Shown: positions 50,017-63,909 of the stretch, piece by piece
Layout of the letters: every line of letters begins with the position of its first letter
Numbering within the stretch: position 1 is the first letter of the stretch
Source: Dendrobates tinctorius
Taxonomy: Eukaryota
Direction: 5' to 3'
Assembly: GCF_039654945.1 (NCBI RefSeq)
Contig: NW_027361714.1
Location: 50,282,001-50,346,000 of the forward strand
Length of the DNA: 64,000 bases
Notes under the pieces: model-generated
Told to the model about the DNA's origin: nothing
What the model saw: the letters and a program-made list of their open reading frames with translations, nothing else
The model's database searches: none
Position numbers and translations under genes: made by a program

Positions 50017-51745
50017 GGCTCCCAAAGTCAGTGTTACTGGAGGGCCCTTGGCACTGCAGCCCGACACTGACTACCGTCCTGCGCACCTTACATGACAACT
50101 ATGAAGAGTGTTGATGTCAGCAACGTTACTGTCGACGGGGCCGGATTTGGGGAACGTTGTAGGAATTGCTGGACTATGTCAGACCTGCGTGAGAACTTTT
50201 TTTCAATAAATTGGTGAATGAGGGACAGTGTTTTGTTTTTATTTCTCTCTTTTTATGTTTTTTTTAGGTTTCCATTTGTGGACTACTTTATATTTCCTGG
50301 ACTACGTCAGACCAGTATGCTTTTTTTTTTGTTAATACAGTCTTGAACCAGGGAATATGTGGGGGAGTCTTTTTTCTATTACTGGGTTAGTAATGAGGGT
50401 GTCTGATTGACACCTCTTCATTACTAACACCAGTGCTTGATGCCAGCTGTGATTTTTGACAAATCACAACTGATATCAACGCAGGCTACCATTACCCTGA
50501 TTGCCAACTCACCATGGCAATGGGGAAGAGCCGAGGCAAAGTGACAAAATTTATTCATGAATCGGTCTAGTTCAAGGAGAAAACAAAAATGTGCTGCTTG
50601 TTCCATGCCACAAAACATTTCAGTTATGATACAGCAGGTGGCAGTATTTTCCCATTTCTATATGCCATATAACTACTGCACTTACAAACAAGTCCTTGAA
50701 TTAGTCATACTAGTCACAAAAACAGCAGAATAGTTAACTGCCTGAGAAGAAAATCACAATTGTGGGATAACCAGCAGACCTAAACGTATACACACACTGT
50801 ATACACAGTGTTCACAGGCTTTTTTACTAGCTAATTGCCAATACAGTACCAGTACAATATACCAGTACAATATACTATCCTAAATATCCCATGTAATCAT
50901 TGCCTTTGATATAATCTCAGTATCTGGCACACCTTGACAAATGCCAATCATTGGCATCCTACAGCATTTGGGGTGAGCCCACCACAGTCTGGAACTAGCC
51001 CTGGATATATAAAATCAAATAAAAGGAAAAGTCCAAGAATCTGTATCCAGATGAGACCCATAGTCATTTACAGCTCTTGTTAATGACTATGGGATACATA
51101 AGGTTACAATTTACATTTCTTCAATATAATATTAATTTTCTAAACAGTGTTATAAAAATGCCGCATTCTTAGGTGTCTCAATGCGGTTTTCATTTTACAT
51201 GACACAGTGACTTGTATAATGTGTTAATTATATATTTCTTATTCTTTGCATGTATTTGTATGTGCAGAACCGGTTTTTCCTGAATTTCCTAAAATCAGGT
51301 GGAGCAAAGTGAACCTTCTTACAAGGAGTCGTCACAACAATAGTAATACACAAGTCATCACTGCTCATAGACACAAATTACCCGCAATGCTTTTACAATA
51401 TAGTAAAGGTATTTGCAACATGAAGATATAAAGAAGCCCATGTAATAGAGCTGTTAGAGGGCAAAATAAATGCTGTTTCAATAGACCAGAATTTTTTTTA
51501 TATAAATTTGATTTGGTCTTTACTTATTAGAAAATGTGGCCATACCACTAGGTATATGATAAATAAGATTCCACCAAATTCCACCAAACATATACATAGT
51601 CTCGCATCAGCGCCTTCCAATAGATTCCATGTGTAAGTAATTTAATTCTAAGTAAGTATTGAGTGATGTGATTTTTTTTTTCTATTTTAAATTAAAGAAG
51701 TGGCCTAGGAAGAACATTTTATTCTCAAATGTTGGAAATGAGTAA

Positions 51746-52105
51746 GGGTATGTTTCCACGGTCCGTAACGGCAGCACTTTGGACGCAGCACATGCCCACT
51801 CCGTCCAAAGCGCTGCTGCCTTTTGTACGCGCAACGATTCTGCATGTGTTCATTGAACTATACATTGGACTGTGATAGTTATCTTGCGGAGACTGAGCAT
51901 CTCCGCCAGATAAATAGACATGCTGCGGTCTAGAAAGACACGCCGCTTGTGCGTATGCGCAGGGAAGCTGTAGGCGTCCCTGCACGCATAGTGGAGATGG
52001 GATTTCATAGCCATCCACCATGCTGTAACATCTGGCCGCTGCGGATTGGACGCTGCGGCTGTACGCAGCGTCCAATTCACAGCGTTTACTGACCGTAGAA
52101 ACCCC
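51746..52105. mobile_element. PIF/Harbinger MITE
   Basis: TAA|GGGTATGTTTCCACGGTC...GACCGTAGAAACCCC|TAA. Confidence 0.75.
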
Positions 52106-52693
52106 TAAAAGGGAAAAGAAAAGGCTATCCTCACCTCACTGATTCCCTGCCGCGTCCGTGCTGACACGCTCCAGTCCCCAACTATCCTTCTCTTCTAGGT
52201 GCTGCGATATTCATGGACCTGTATATTACAGCGACCTTTTACAAAGTGAGGCCAAGTTCATATTACCGTATTTTTGGTCTGAGTGCTGTCTGTGAAAAAA
52301 ACGGACCGCACTAGGACCCATGTTATTTATTGGGGCAATGCAGGTGAGCAAATTTTTTCACAGACGAAAATTTTTTTTATGTTCTCGTGAATTTAAGCTT
52401 ATAGGGGTCTGTAACCACTGCATTCAGTAACTGGTAGTAGCAGATCACCAATGCATTCAGTGATTAGCTGCAGCAGTAGGTACTGTAGTAGATTCACTTT
52501 AAATTATTTGGCATAGCACAAGGCATGTACATTATACATCATTTTGAGCACTGTGGACACCCTTTCTAATTATTGAGTTTATGTCTTCAGTCACACCCAT
52601 TTCATTCCTTTCCATAAAATCAAGCACACAGCCATGTAATCTCTAGAAACAAAAATTGGTAGTAGGTTGTACTGAAAAGCTCGCTCCCTTTAA

Positions 52694-53103
52694 AGCACCA
52701 CACCAATGGGTTTTTGTTTGACATCGCTGAAGTGGTGCCATTAATCTAAGTTCCATGCCCCCAGTGTTATACTCATTAGCCGCCATCTTTATCTGTTGTC
52801 GGCGCCACTCTGGTCATTTAATGCAAGTTGTGATCTCTACAGCGTTTGTTGGGTGGACTGGAACTCACAACTCATTGTAAGTGTATGATAACCAGAGCAA
52901 GGTTCCCATAGACTTACACTGGGAATTGTAACCATTAACTTTGAGTTCTGGTCAGTCAGAAGTTGCGGTCACAAGATAGTGCTACTGGATTGGAGGGGCG
53001 CCAGGAACCGCTGAAGACAGCGGCTGCTTAGTAAAATACTAGGGTCAGGGATCTAAGTGACACCACTCTGTGACTGAAATAAAATACCCACTAGAGTGGT
53101 GAT
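52694..53103. mobile_element. Kolobok-like MITE inserted in a Tc1 relic
   Basis: TTAA|AGCACCAC...GTGGTGAT|TTAA, imperfect palindrome. Confidence 0.55.
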
Positions 53104-53117
53104 TTAAATGTGGCAAA

Positions 53118-54065
53118 GTGCCCTGCACCGAAGTTGCATGCACCCCAAAAAGTATTTAAACCCACACACTGGATGGCCACAGGAAAACCAAGTTGACATT
53201 ATTCATTTGGTACTCCCATACTGTTTGCTTATGCATTGAATGCATTGCCTGCCCTGCACCAAAGTTAGACGCACCCCAATAAGCCTTTGAACACACGTAC
53301 TGGATGGCCACAGGAAAACCAAGTTGACATTATTCATTTGGTACTCCCATACTGTTTGCTTATGCATTGAATGCATTGCCTGCCCTGCACCAAAGTTACA
53401 CACACCCCAATAAGCCTTTGAACACACATACTGGATGACCACAGGAACACCCAGTTCACATTTTTCATTTGGTACTCCCATATTGTTTGCTTATACATTG
53501 AATGCATTGCCTGCCCTGCACCAAAGTTACATTCACCCCAATAAGCCTTTGAGCCCACATACTGGAGGGCAACATGAAAACAAAGTTCACATTATTCATT
53601 TGATACTCCCATACTGTTTGCTTATGCATTGAATGCAAGGCCTGCCCTGCACCAAAGTTATACGTACTCCAATAAGCCTTTGAACACACGTACTGGATGG
53701 CCACATGAAAACTAAGTTCACATTTTTCGTTTGGTGCTCCCATACTGTTTGCTTATGCACTGAATGCCAGGCCTGCCCTGCACCACAGTTACACGCACCC
53801 CAATAAGCCTTTGAACACTCGTACTGGATGACCACAGGAAAACCAAGGTCACATTTTTCATTTGGTACTCCCATATTGTTTGCTTATACATTGAATGCAA
53901 GGACTGCCCTGCACCAAAGTTACACGCACCCCAATAAGCCTTTGAACCCATGTACTGGATGGCCATATGAAAGCAAAGTTCCCACTGTTATGATTTTTTA
54001 AGTCACCTAAAGCTTGCACATGAAGTGAATACAAGGCCTGCCCAAACATTACACGCACTCCAATC
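53118..54065. repeat. 131-bp tandem array (~7 units), subterminal region of the large hAT
   Basis: ATTCATTTGGTACTCCCATACTG recurs at 131-bp spacing (e.g. 53201, 53332). Confidence 0.9.
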
Positions 54066-54709
54066 TCCCAAGGAAGAAATGTAGAGGACGGCCTCCAAAA
54101 TATGTTTTCCCATTTTAAAGGAGCAGGTCTCCAATACTTGTAATGCCCATACACTTTGAGCTGAAAAACATTTTCCCTTGGGGGGGGGGGTACACCTCAA
54201 CATACTTTGTAAACATTTTTGGAATGGGCATCATAAACACCCTTGAAAAAAATTACTTGGCTGTTGTATCACGGGAACACATTCACCCTGGTGATCTAGT
54301 GGTGGTGGATGATGAGGATGAGGAGAAGGAGGATAACACCAAATAGCCAAAATCAGGAAGTGTATACCCATGTGTGGGTGTGAAGAGGTGTATGGGCTGA
54401 CAAACATTTCCCCCTGGGGGGTACACATCAACCTACTGTGTAAATAATTTTTTTATTGCCATCCTAAACACCCTTGAAAAAAACAGTATATATATATATA
54501 CTGTATATATAAATAGTGGCTGTTGCATCACGGAACATGTTCACCCTCGTGTTCTAGTGGTGGTGTCTGAAGAGATGTGGAGGATGGCCTCTGAGAAATG
54601 TTTTCCCAGTTTAAAGGAGCGGGTCTCCTATACTTGTAATGCCCATGCACTAAGTGTATGGGCTGACAAGCATTTCCCCCTGGGGGGTACACATCAACAT
54701 ATTGTGTAA

Positions 54710-55067
54710 GGCTATGTGCACCCGTTGCGGATTCCGCTGCGGTTTTTTCCGCGCGGAAACGCAGGTAAAACCGCCGGTAAAGTGACCTGCGGTTTTCCTG
54801 CGTTTTGGTCTGTGGTTTTGCCCTGCGGTTTCACACCTCTACTATGGTAGAGGTATGAAACCGCTGCGGAAACCGCACAAACAATTGACATGCTGCGGTT
54901 TGTAAACCGCAGCAAAACCGCACAGAAAAAAACGCACCGTCAGCACAGCGTTTTTGAAACCCCATAGGGTTTCATTGTACTGTACTTGGTCAGCGGAACT
55001 GCTGCGTTTCCGCAGGGGCAAAACCGCTGCAGAAACGCAGCAGAAACCGCACCGTGTGCACACAGCC
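54710..55067. mobile_element. PIF/Harbinger MITE
   Basis: TAA|GGCTATGTGCAC...GTGCACACAGCC|TAA. Confidence 0.88.
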
Positions 55068-55922
55068 TAAACATTTTTTTAAAGGGCATCAAAAACACCC
55101 TTTTACACAATAAGTCCGCTGTTTCATCATGGACCATGGTCACCATGGTAATCTAGTGGTGGTGGATGATGAGGATGAAGAGAAGGAGGAGGATAACACC
55201 AAATAGCCAAAGTCAGGAAGCATATACCCATGTGTGGGTGTGAAGAGGTGCATGGGAATCCCAAAAAAAGACACTGGATGAAGGTACATGTAACACCTCA
55301 GGGAGGCAAGCTACCTAGAGTGGACCTCTGGACCATGGAGCTAACTCTCCCCTGAGCAAGCTGGACCTTGTAGGCGTGACCCCTATGCAGGGACCATCAG
55401 GGGCAAACTCAGGGGACTCTAGTACCACGGCAGCCGTTACCGAGAGGGGCGCCTCGTAAGGAATCAAGGGTATTGTGGGGAAGCAGAATGGGGATCTGAA
55501 AGGAGACTGGGAAAACGTTGGCGATCTAAGGGTACTGGAGATGTAGAGGATGAGGACTAAAGGACTAAGGACGTGGTCCCGAAAGGAGAGGAACAGAGTA
55601 CAAGCACAACCAGGGAGTCATTCGGCGACAGACGACGGTGGCAGGCAACGGAGACAGGCTCCCCATAGGCTGGATGGCGCTTCCAGGTCAGGGCATGTCT
55701 GATCTCTAAGAAGCAGGTGATGCGCGCAGCCTCATCTAATTCTGACCAGGGAGCACGCGTGGGATCTGGGATTTCACCGACGACCAGAAGTGCAGGGGAA
55801 GCGCAGTGAGACCAGCCACCAGCAGCATACCAGAACACGAGCAGCAGCGGAGTGCCGGGAAGTGGCGGTAACAGTACCCCCTCCCTTACGTCCCTTCGTT
55901 CTAAGGCTGGAATGAAACCTTT

Positions 55923-58900
55923 CTAGAATACGGGGTTCATTGATGTTCTGCAGCGACTCCCAATATCTCTCCTCGGGCCGAAGAAGAAAGTTCTCCCTCT
56001 GACCATCTTCATGGCTAACACATCTTTCACCTCAAAGACGTTCCCAGTGCTAACGGGTTGAGGAGTAGTACCGGATGACAAATGAAAGCGATTAAGAACC
56101 ACAGTTTTAAGCAGAGACACATGAAAGGTGTTGGGGATACGGAGCAAGGCAGGCAATTTTAAGCTGCAGGCAACATCGTTGATTCGCTCTAGGATCTCGA
56201 ATGGACCAATGTAACGTGGGCCCAACTTGTAGGATGGAGTCTTTAGTCTGATCTATTTTGAAGAGAGCCAAACTTTATCACCAGGAGTGTAAGGAGCAGA
56301 GTCCAGGCGCCTCTTGTCTGCATGCCTTTTCATCCTACCACAAGCTCTCAAGCGCTCCCTTGGTGTCTTTCCAAATCTTAGAGAATTCTATGGACAGAGA
56401 GTCGGCTGCAGGTACCCCCGAAATCGAAGAGACTGGAAGAGGCATACCTGGATGTTGCCTAGAGATGATGAAGAAGGGAGACTTGGTAAAAGACCCATTG
56501 GAGTGATTATTGTAAGCAAATTCTGCCCAAGGAAGCAAACCGACCCAATCATCTAGATGAGCGTTAGAAAAATGCCAAAGATAAGAAGCAAAGACCTGAT
56601 TGGTTCGCTCCACTTGACCATTGGTCTGAGGGTGATAAGCCGAGGAGAAATCCAAGGTTACATTCTTAAGCTTGCAGAGAGCTCTCCAGAAGCGGGAAGG
56701 GAATTGGATCCCCCTATCGGACATGATGTCCCGGGGGAATCCATGGAGTCTGAAGATGTGACTAATGAAAATCTTCACCAACCCAGTAGTGGAAGGCAAG
56801 CCAGGCAAAGGAACAAAGTGAGCCATTTTAGAGAAACGATCCACGACCACTAGAATAGCAGTACAGCCGGAGGAATACGGTAGGTAGGTAATAAAGTTCA
56901 TCGCAATATGTTGCCAGGGAGCTGATGGAACAGGAAGGGGACACAGAGGGCCAGAGGGTAATCATCTAGGGATCTTGTTACTGGCGCAGGATGGACACGA
57001 GGCGACAATATCTTTGATGTCTTGACGCAGAGTAGGCCACCAATAGTAGCGAGCGATGAAGAGAAGCGTCTTCTTTATCCCGGCATGACTGGATGAGTGT
57101 CCCCAAAGTAACACCCTCCTCCTGTTGTCCTCTGCCACGAATGTTTACCTGTGAGAAAATGGAAACGTTCTTAGGAGCGTCTGAGTCTCTTTCCTGCGCT
57201 CCTAAGACCGTTTCCATTTTCTCATTGCTCCTATCCTCCATTGGAGGTTTTCGGCTGGAGCTGCAGTGGAGACCTGACATTTTTGTCTGCCCCTGGGTTT
57301 CTTCCTAAGCGCTCCTCTATGACCGCTTATCACTGACTCTTATACGAATGTTTACCTGGCAGAGGAGTAGCTAGACTTAAGGGAGCCACAGTGATGAACT
57401 TAGAGGGGTCAATAATGTGTGATGGTTCCTCCTCCATATCGGAAGGCTACAAAGATCTAGACAGCGCATCCGCCTTGACATTCTTGTCGCCTGGCCGGAA
57501 GTGAAGTTCAAAGTCAAAACGGGCAAAGAATGGCGACCACCTTGCCTTCCGGGGGTTCAGCCTTTCTGCGGATTGGATATAAGTCAGATTCTTATGATTG
57601 GTGAAAATTATAAACAGATGTACGGCTCCTTCGAGTAGATATCGCCACTCCTCCAGAGCCAATTTTATGGCCAATAGCTCACGGTCTCCAATAGAATAAT
57701 TGCGCTCCAATGTAGAAAACACCTTGGAGAAAAAGCCACAGGTGACTAACCGACCAGCAGAGGACCTTTGGGAAAGCACAGCACTGACTCCCGTGGAAGA
57801 AGCATCCACCTCGAGAATGAATGCTCTGCTAGCCTCTGGACGATGTAGCACAGGAGCTGTAGCGAAGAATTGCTTCAAGGTTAGCAAAGCATTCTCAGCC
57901 TCTGGAGTCCATGCATTAGGACTAGCTCCTTTTCGGATAAGAGATGAGATAGGCTTGGTCAAGGAGGAAAAATGAGGAATGAACTGCCTATAATAGTTGG
58001 CCAAACCAAGGAACCGTTGGATGGTTCTTACACCGAGAGGTCACGGCTAATTGAGGATGGCGGACACCTTCTCAGGATTCATCTTTAAGCCAGAGTCAGA
58101 GATAATATACCCCAGAAAGGGTAAGGAGGTTTGTTCAAAATACACTTCTCCATCTTGGCATATAGGCGATTCTACCACAGACGCTGCTCTGGAGGAAAGT
58201 TGAGGATGTAATCCTGGTACACCACAACACAGGAATATAAGAGATCCCCGAAGATATCATTAACAAATTCCTGAAATACCGCAGGAGTATTGCAGAGGCC
58301 GAAAGGCATAATCAAATATTCATAGTGTCTGTCCCACGTGTTGAAGGTGGTCTTCCACTCATCTCCGGAGCAAATGCGAATCAGGTTGTAAGGGCCAAGA
58401 AGATCAAGTTTAGTGAAGATCCAGGACCCTCTTAAACAATAAAAGAGCTCCAGGATAAGTGGTAGAGAGGGTACTTGTTCTTGATTGTAATGTCGTTCAG
58501 ACCTCTGTAGTCTATACAGGGATGAAGAGAGCCGTCTTTCTTTTTGACAAAGAAAAATCCCATGCCCGCAGGAGAGGAAGATTTCTGAATAAACCCCTTG
58601 GCTGGATTCTCCTGGATATATTCAGACATGGCCGGGGTCTCAGCAGGGGCCAGCGGATAGATCCTACCCCTAGTGGGAGTGGAACCCAGAATATGTTCAA
58701 TCGGGCAGTCATATGGCCGATGCGGAGGAAGATTCTCAGCCTCCTTCTTGTTAAAGACATCCACAAATGACCAATAGGTGGAAGGTAGCCTAGCAGAAGC
58801 AGAAGAAGGCCATGAAGAATTAACTGGATGAACAGGAGAGTAGGCTCATGCGCCCTAAGCCAGGGCAGACCAAGAAGATGTGCGTTAGAGAGATTATGTA

Positions 58901-59150
58901 GAACATACAAGGCTATCTTCTCACGATGAAGGGCTACAACCTGCAGCTCCACCTCTTCGGTAACCATGGTGATGGTCTCTTGCAAAGGTCTGCCATTTAT
59001 CGATGCAATCAGACGTGGTCTCTCCAGCGTTATAACTGGAATTTAGAACCTCCTAACTTCCTTAAGTCTAAGGAAGTTTCCTGCCATGCCCGAATCCACA
59101 TAAGCCACCTCAGAGTAACGTCTTTGAATAAGGACCACCTGGACAGACAA
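55923..59150 (-). pseudogene. pol: Gypsy pol (protease, RT, RNase H, integrase, chromodomain) with frameshifts and stops
   Basis: YVDSGMAGNF; [19 protein letters not shown]; EVDASS...NYSIGDRELLAI; VVDRFSKMAHF, SDRGIQF, HPQTNGQVER; GPF...FHVSLLK; FEVKDVL. Confidence 0.93.
57152..57343. mobile_element. 192-bp insertion with terminal hairpin and 15-bp TSD inside Gypsy pol
   Basis: ACGAATGTTTACCTG at 57137-57151 and 57344-57358; 28-bp stem 57152-57224. Confidence 0.75.
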
Positions 59151-60245
59151 TGTTAGGGGCAGAGAGGAACTATGCACACCTAGGGTGGTCTCTCTTACCT
59201 GTCCTAGGTGGAGGAGTCTCCCGGCCTTTTGGGACAAGAACGGAGCAAATGAGATGCACTTCCGCAGTAAAAACACAAGCCTTGTGCAAGTCTCTCCCTC
59301 CAGCGCTATTCCGCCGTTTTGAGCCGATCCACTTGCATCGGTGCAGTAGCAGGGATGGGTGTGATGGGTCATGAGCTAAGTAGCCCATGACTGGAGGAAG
59401 CTGATTGGATGGATCTCCTCATCCGAATTGACTCGAGAGAGCGTTCCTGGAAACGCAAATCAATGCACGTGGCTAAAGAGATTAGGTCCTCTAAAGAAGT
59501 AGGGGTATACCGACCTTTGAGCTTATCTTTGATTCTGCACTACAACCCACGCCAGAAGGCTCTGACCAGCGCCTCGTTATTCCATCCCAACTCGGAGGTC
59601 AAGGTGCGAAACCGAATAGCGTATTGACCAACCGTAAGAGACCCTTGCTGGAGATTGAAGAGGGACTCAATAGCGGAGGCCAGCTGACCAGGTTCATCAA
59701 ACACTCTACGAAAGGTCTCCAGCAAGGTTGGCAACTGAGACACAATGGGGTCATCACGCTCCCAGAATGGGTTTACCCAGGCCAAAGCCTCCCCATCCAA
59801 GTGAAAGACCACAAAAGCCACTTTAGCTCGGTTGGTGGGGTATTGCTAGTGAAGCAGTTCAAAATGTAGGCGGCACTAGTTTGAGAAGCCTCTGCAGAGT
59901 TTGGGATCGCCATTATACCTAGGTGGCTTTCCCAGGCGAGGTGGAGGATACGGTATGAGTACAGATTCTGCATCACCAGATATGACCTGGGCAGGGGCAG
60001 TGGCAGCAGACTGAAGATTATATAGACAGTCATCCACCGAGGCCATATAACTGAGATTGAATGTCACACTGCTTAGCGAGTTATTGCTGGAGGCCAGCGA
60101 GTTGTGTCACGTTTATCGGGTCAGAGGCCTGCAGCGAAGACAATCGAGACTCCAAGGTTTGCATGAAGGACATAATGCAGTTTTGATTTTCTCGCAGGTA
60201 CGCCAACTCCTTATGAGCAGAAAAGGTGGTACCGGAGGGGTCCAT
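59151..60245 (-). pseudogene. gag: Gypsy gag, frameshifted
   Basis: MDPSG...PPRYNGDPKLCRGF...LDGEALAW...LQQGSLTVGQYAIRFRTLTSELGWNNEAL. Confidence 0.9.
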
Positions 60246-60857
60246 GGACTGATTTTTCTGTAACGCCACAGGGAGGCAAGCTACCAAGAGTGGACCATCT
60301 GGACCGTGGAACCGACCATTCACTGGGTGAGCTGGACGTAGTGGGACGGACCCCAATACAGGGACAGTCAGAGGCAAAGCCAGGGTACTCTAGTTCCATG
60401 GCAGCCAATACCGAGAGGGGCGGCTCATAGGAAATCATGGGTATGGTGGGGTAGCAGAATGGGGATCCGAAAGGAGACTGGAAAAATGTTGGAGGACTAA
60501 GGGTACTGGAGATGAAGAGGAAGAGAACTAAAGGACTAAGGATGTGGTCCCAAAAGGAGAGGAACAGAGTATGAGGACAACCTGGGAGTCACCCGGCAAC
60601 AGGCGACAGTGGCAGGCAATGGTGACAGGCTCCCCATAGGCTGGATGGCGCTTCCGGGTCAGGGCACGTCGGATCCATAAGAAGCAGGTGACGTGCACGG
60701 CCGCATCCTATGCTGACCAGGGAGCATGTGTGGGTGTTGGGATCTCGCTGCCGACAGCGAGACTGGAAGTGCAAAGGAAGCACGGCGACGAGACCAGCCA
60801 CCAGCAGCGTGCCGGGACACTGGAGCAGCAGCAGAGGACCGGGCAGCGGCGGTAACA

Positions 60858-63800
60858 TTATGTTTCACTGTTATCACTCAATGGTGTAGAGAAGTCTGGC
60901 CCAATCCAGCCCTTTTTCATTTTTATAAGAGTCAGCCTGTCAGCATTTTCAGTTGACAGGTGGATGGCTTTATCAGATATAAATCCACCAGCGGCACTAA
61001 AAACCCGCTCTGACAAAACGATAGCGGCAGGGTAGGCCAGGACCTCCAAGGCGTAGAGAGCCAGTTCATGCCACGTGTCCAGCTTGGATACCCAAGAATT
61101 AAAAGGCACAGAGGAATCTAGGAGGACATTGGTACGGTCAGTAAGGTAATCCCTCAACATCTTCCCAAACTTTGTACTCCATGTCACAGTACCCCATGCC
61201 TCTGGGCCAGAGCGATGGGAGGGTCTGAGAAAACTCTCACAGAACTTTGCCAGTGTTCCCCTGTCTCTGCTGGATTGGCATTGTGTCTCTCTCGCCTCCA
61301 CTCCTTGGTTGTCCAATGAACTGTGATTTCTGCCGCCAGCGTTTTCAGATGGAAATTTTTTTAATAATTCTGCAACAATGGCCCTCTGATCTGCAACATT
61401 TTAGTACACCTATCTGCCTTTGGAAGAAGTGATTGAAAGTTCTCCTTGTGGCGTGGGACTAGAAGTGTCACCAACCAGTAATGAGTGTCACAGAAAATTT
61501 TAATAATGCGAGGGTCACGGGAAAGGCAGTGCAACATAAAGTCTGCCTTGCTTGCTAGACTGCTAACAGGCAAGACTTCAGTGTCTTCACCAACAGGATG
61601 ACTGACCATGCTGTCCTCCTCCTCCCTGTCCTCAGGCCATCCACACTGAACAGATGGTATGACAGTTGTGCTTGTAGAGCTCATGAAAGTAGCTCCTGTT
61701 CTTCCTCCTCCTCCTCTTCCTCATTGTCAACCAATGACATGAGGCTGGGCTGTGTGTAATCACCCTGTATGGTTCCTTGCTCAATCTCATTGTGCGCTGT
61801 CTGCAATGCATCCTCTTTCAATGTGAGCAGAGAGCTTCTCAGAATGCAGAGAAGCGGGATGGTGATGCTAATTATGGCGTCATCGCCGCTCACCATCTTG
61901 GTGGAGTACTCAAAGTTTTATGGGATGGTACATATGTCTGACATCCATGTCCACTCCTGAGGTGTGGCGTCTGGACTGATTACTGGTGGCCTTGTTGATG
62001 CTGGTAGTCAACAACTGCCCTCTTCTGCGCACAAATCCTTTCCAACATATGTATATGTAGAGTTCCAATGTGTGGGGACATCACACACCAGTCAGTGAGC
62101 CAGAAGCTGCCAATGCTGCTGAAGGACAGCAAGGGTGGCTGAAGCTGTAGCTAACTTTCTAAAATGGGCACACAGGCGGAGTACTTTGAGAAGCAGATCC
62201 GGCAGCTCCAGGTAGGTTTTGAGAAACCGCTGAACCAGGAGGTTAAGCACATGGGCCAGGCGTGGTACGTGTGTGAGCTCGCCTTGCCTCAGAGCCGCTA
62301 CCAGGTTCCTGCCATTGTCACACACAACCATGCCAGGCTGTAGGTTCAGCTGTGCCAGTGCTATCCACAACTCTTCAGCATTGTGCGGTTTGTCAACTAA
62401 GCATATTAGATTCAGCACAGCCTTTTGCCGCTTGGCTGAGGCAGTGCTGCAATGCTTCCAGCTTGTGACTGATGTGCTCATTTCAGAGGTGGAGGCTGAA
62501 GAGGAGGAGGAGATGCAGGAGCTGTTGACTGTGGGGGCAACCCTGATTGACGTAGGGCTCGCAGTCCTCGGCGTCAGGAAGACGTGTTCCATCCCAGTGT
62601 CTGACTAGGTCCCGGCTTCCACTATGTTAACTCAGTGTACCAACCCTACCCACAAGCACTTGTTCACATGTACGTGGTTAGGTGGACTTTCCCAGTAAAA
62701 GCATTGCTGAGGGCACGGATAATGTGGGATACGTGCTTGTGTAATGCTGAAAGGGCATAATGGGAGAAATAGTGGCGGCTGGGGACCGAGTACCTTCGGA
62801 TGGCCGCTGCCATCAGGTTGCAGAAAGCTTCCATCTCCACGAGCCTAAAAGGCAACATTTTGAGCACTAGCAGATGAGAATTGTGTGAATTTAGCACTGT
62901 GGCCTGTGGGATATTGGCTGCGTATTTCCACTTGCGTTCCAATGACTGGGTTATGGACAACTGAAGGCTGCACTGGGACAAGGACATGGACATGCTTGAT
63001 GATGGTGGTAGTTGAGTGTGTGCAACGACAGGTGCAGGGCAGGAGGCATCTTTGCAGGGACCATGGACAGGGGATTGCCTTCCACGCACAACAGCGGAAG
63101 AAGCAGTTGTGTCACCCGCAGACAGTGTTCCTGGACCCTGGGGTCCGGCCCACAAAGTTGGGTTCTTGCTGCCATGTGCCTGATCACGCTGGTGGTGGTC
63201 AGGCTGGTATTTTTGTTACCACTGCTGATGCTGACCTGGCAGGTGGTGCAAATGGCCTTTTTGGGGTCATTGGCAGAGTCTTTAAAAACAACCAGACTCG
63301 GGAAGACTTAATAGTTGGACTGGCAACTTCCATCTTGTTGGTGTTATGAGGAATGGTTGCCCGCCTTCTGTCTGCTGCCACCACACTGCTTCTTCCTGCC
63401 TGTTGGGGTGCCATGCCTCCCTCCCCCTGTGTGATGCTGTCCTCGCTCTGCATGTTCTCCAGCCAGGTTGGGTCAGTTACTATGTCATCCCCCACCTCAT
63501 CTTCCACTTCCGCACTCTGGTCCTCCTCCTGACTTTCTGGCAATTGCATCTCATCATCATCCACCTCATGTGACACTTTCCCACCGTCGCCTTGGTGTGA
63601 CCGTGGCTGCTCAAATATTTGGGCATAGCTACATGCGATCTCCTCTTGCCCTGCTTCAAGTGGCGAGAGGCCCGAATCTATAAATGAAAAAGTGAACAGC
63701 TCTTTGGAGTGTCCAAGTGTGGGATCAGTTGTCTCTGGGCACTCGGCATGGCGGGAGGATGGAGGATCAGGGTGAGGAATATGCGGTCCAGACTCACGGT

Positions 63801-63909
63801 TACTCAGAATTGACCGCATGGAAGACAGGGTGCTGGTGGTGGTGGCAAAGTGACTGGAAGCATTATCCGCTATCCAACTAACAACCTTTTGACACTGCTC
63901 TGGGTTCAA
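60858..63909 (-). pseudogene. hAT (ZBED-like) transposase pseudogene with BED finger and C-terminal dimerisation domain; element continues past the window end
   Basis: SRVWLF...AICTTC...IRHM (BED, frameshifted); VCDNGRNL...HVPRLAHVLNLLVQ; LALYALEVLAYPAAIVLSERVFSAAG. Confidence 0.92.

Larger units (their letters stand above)
47402..50069. mobile_element. Non-autonomous hAT-like element in the 3' LTR of element A
   Basis: CAGGCTCGGACTG...CAGCCCGACACTG termini; imperfect 8-bp TSD ACTACCTC/ACTACCGT. Confidence 0.6.
37518..50092 (+). mobile_element. Old LTR element A (tRNA-Ser PBS, cold-shock-domain ORF relic), heavily nested
   Basis: 5' LTR ~37518-41407 (minus two insertions) is homologous to 3' LTR 46432-47401 + 50070-50092; PBS TGGCGTAGTCAGCAGGA at 41411; PPT AGGAGGGAGGAA 46420-46431. 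Confidence 0.75.
55289..60857 (-). mobile_element. Decayed full-length Ty3/Gypsy chromovirus (Sushi-like): 5' LTR 60259-60857, 3' LTR 55289-55873
   Basis: Homologous TGTAAC...GGTAACA LTRs; PPT (reverse complement of GTACCCCCTCCC) next to 3' LTR; gag-PR-RT-RH-IN-chromo order. Confidence 0.95.

Noticed and set aside
53118-54065. Regularly spaced repeats as a CRISPR array
   Set aside because: Whole 131-bp units repeat with no unique spacers, there are no cas genes, and the context is eukaryotic
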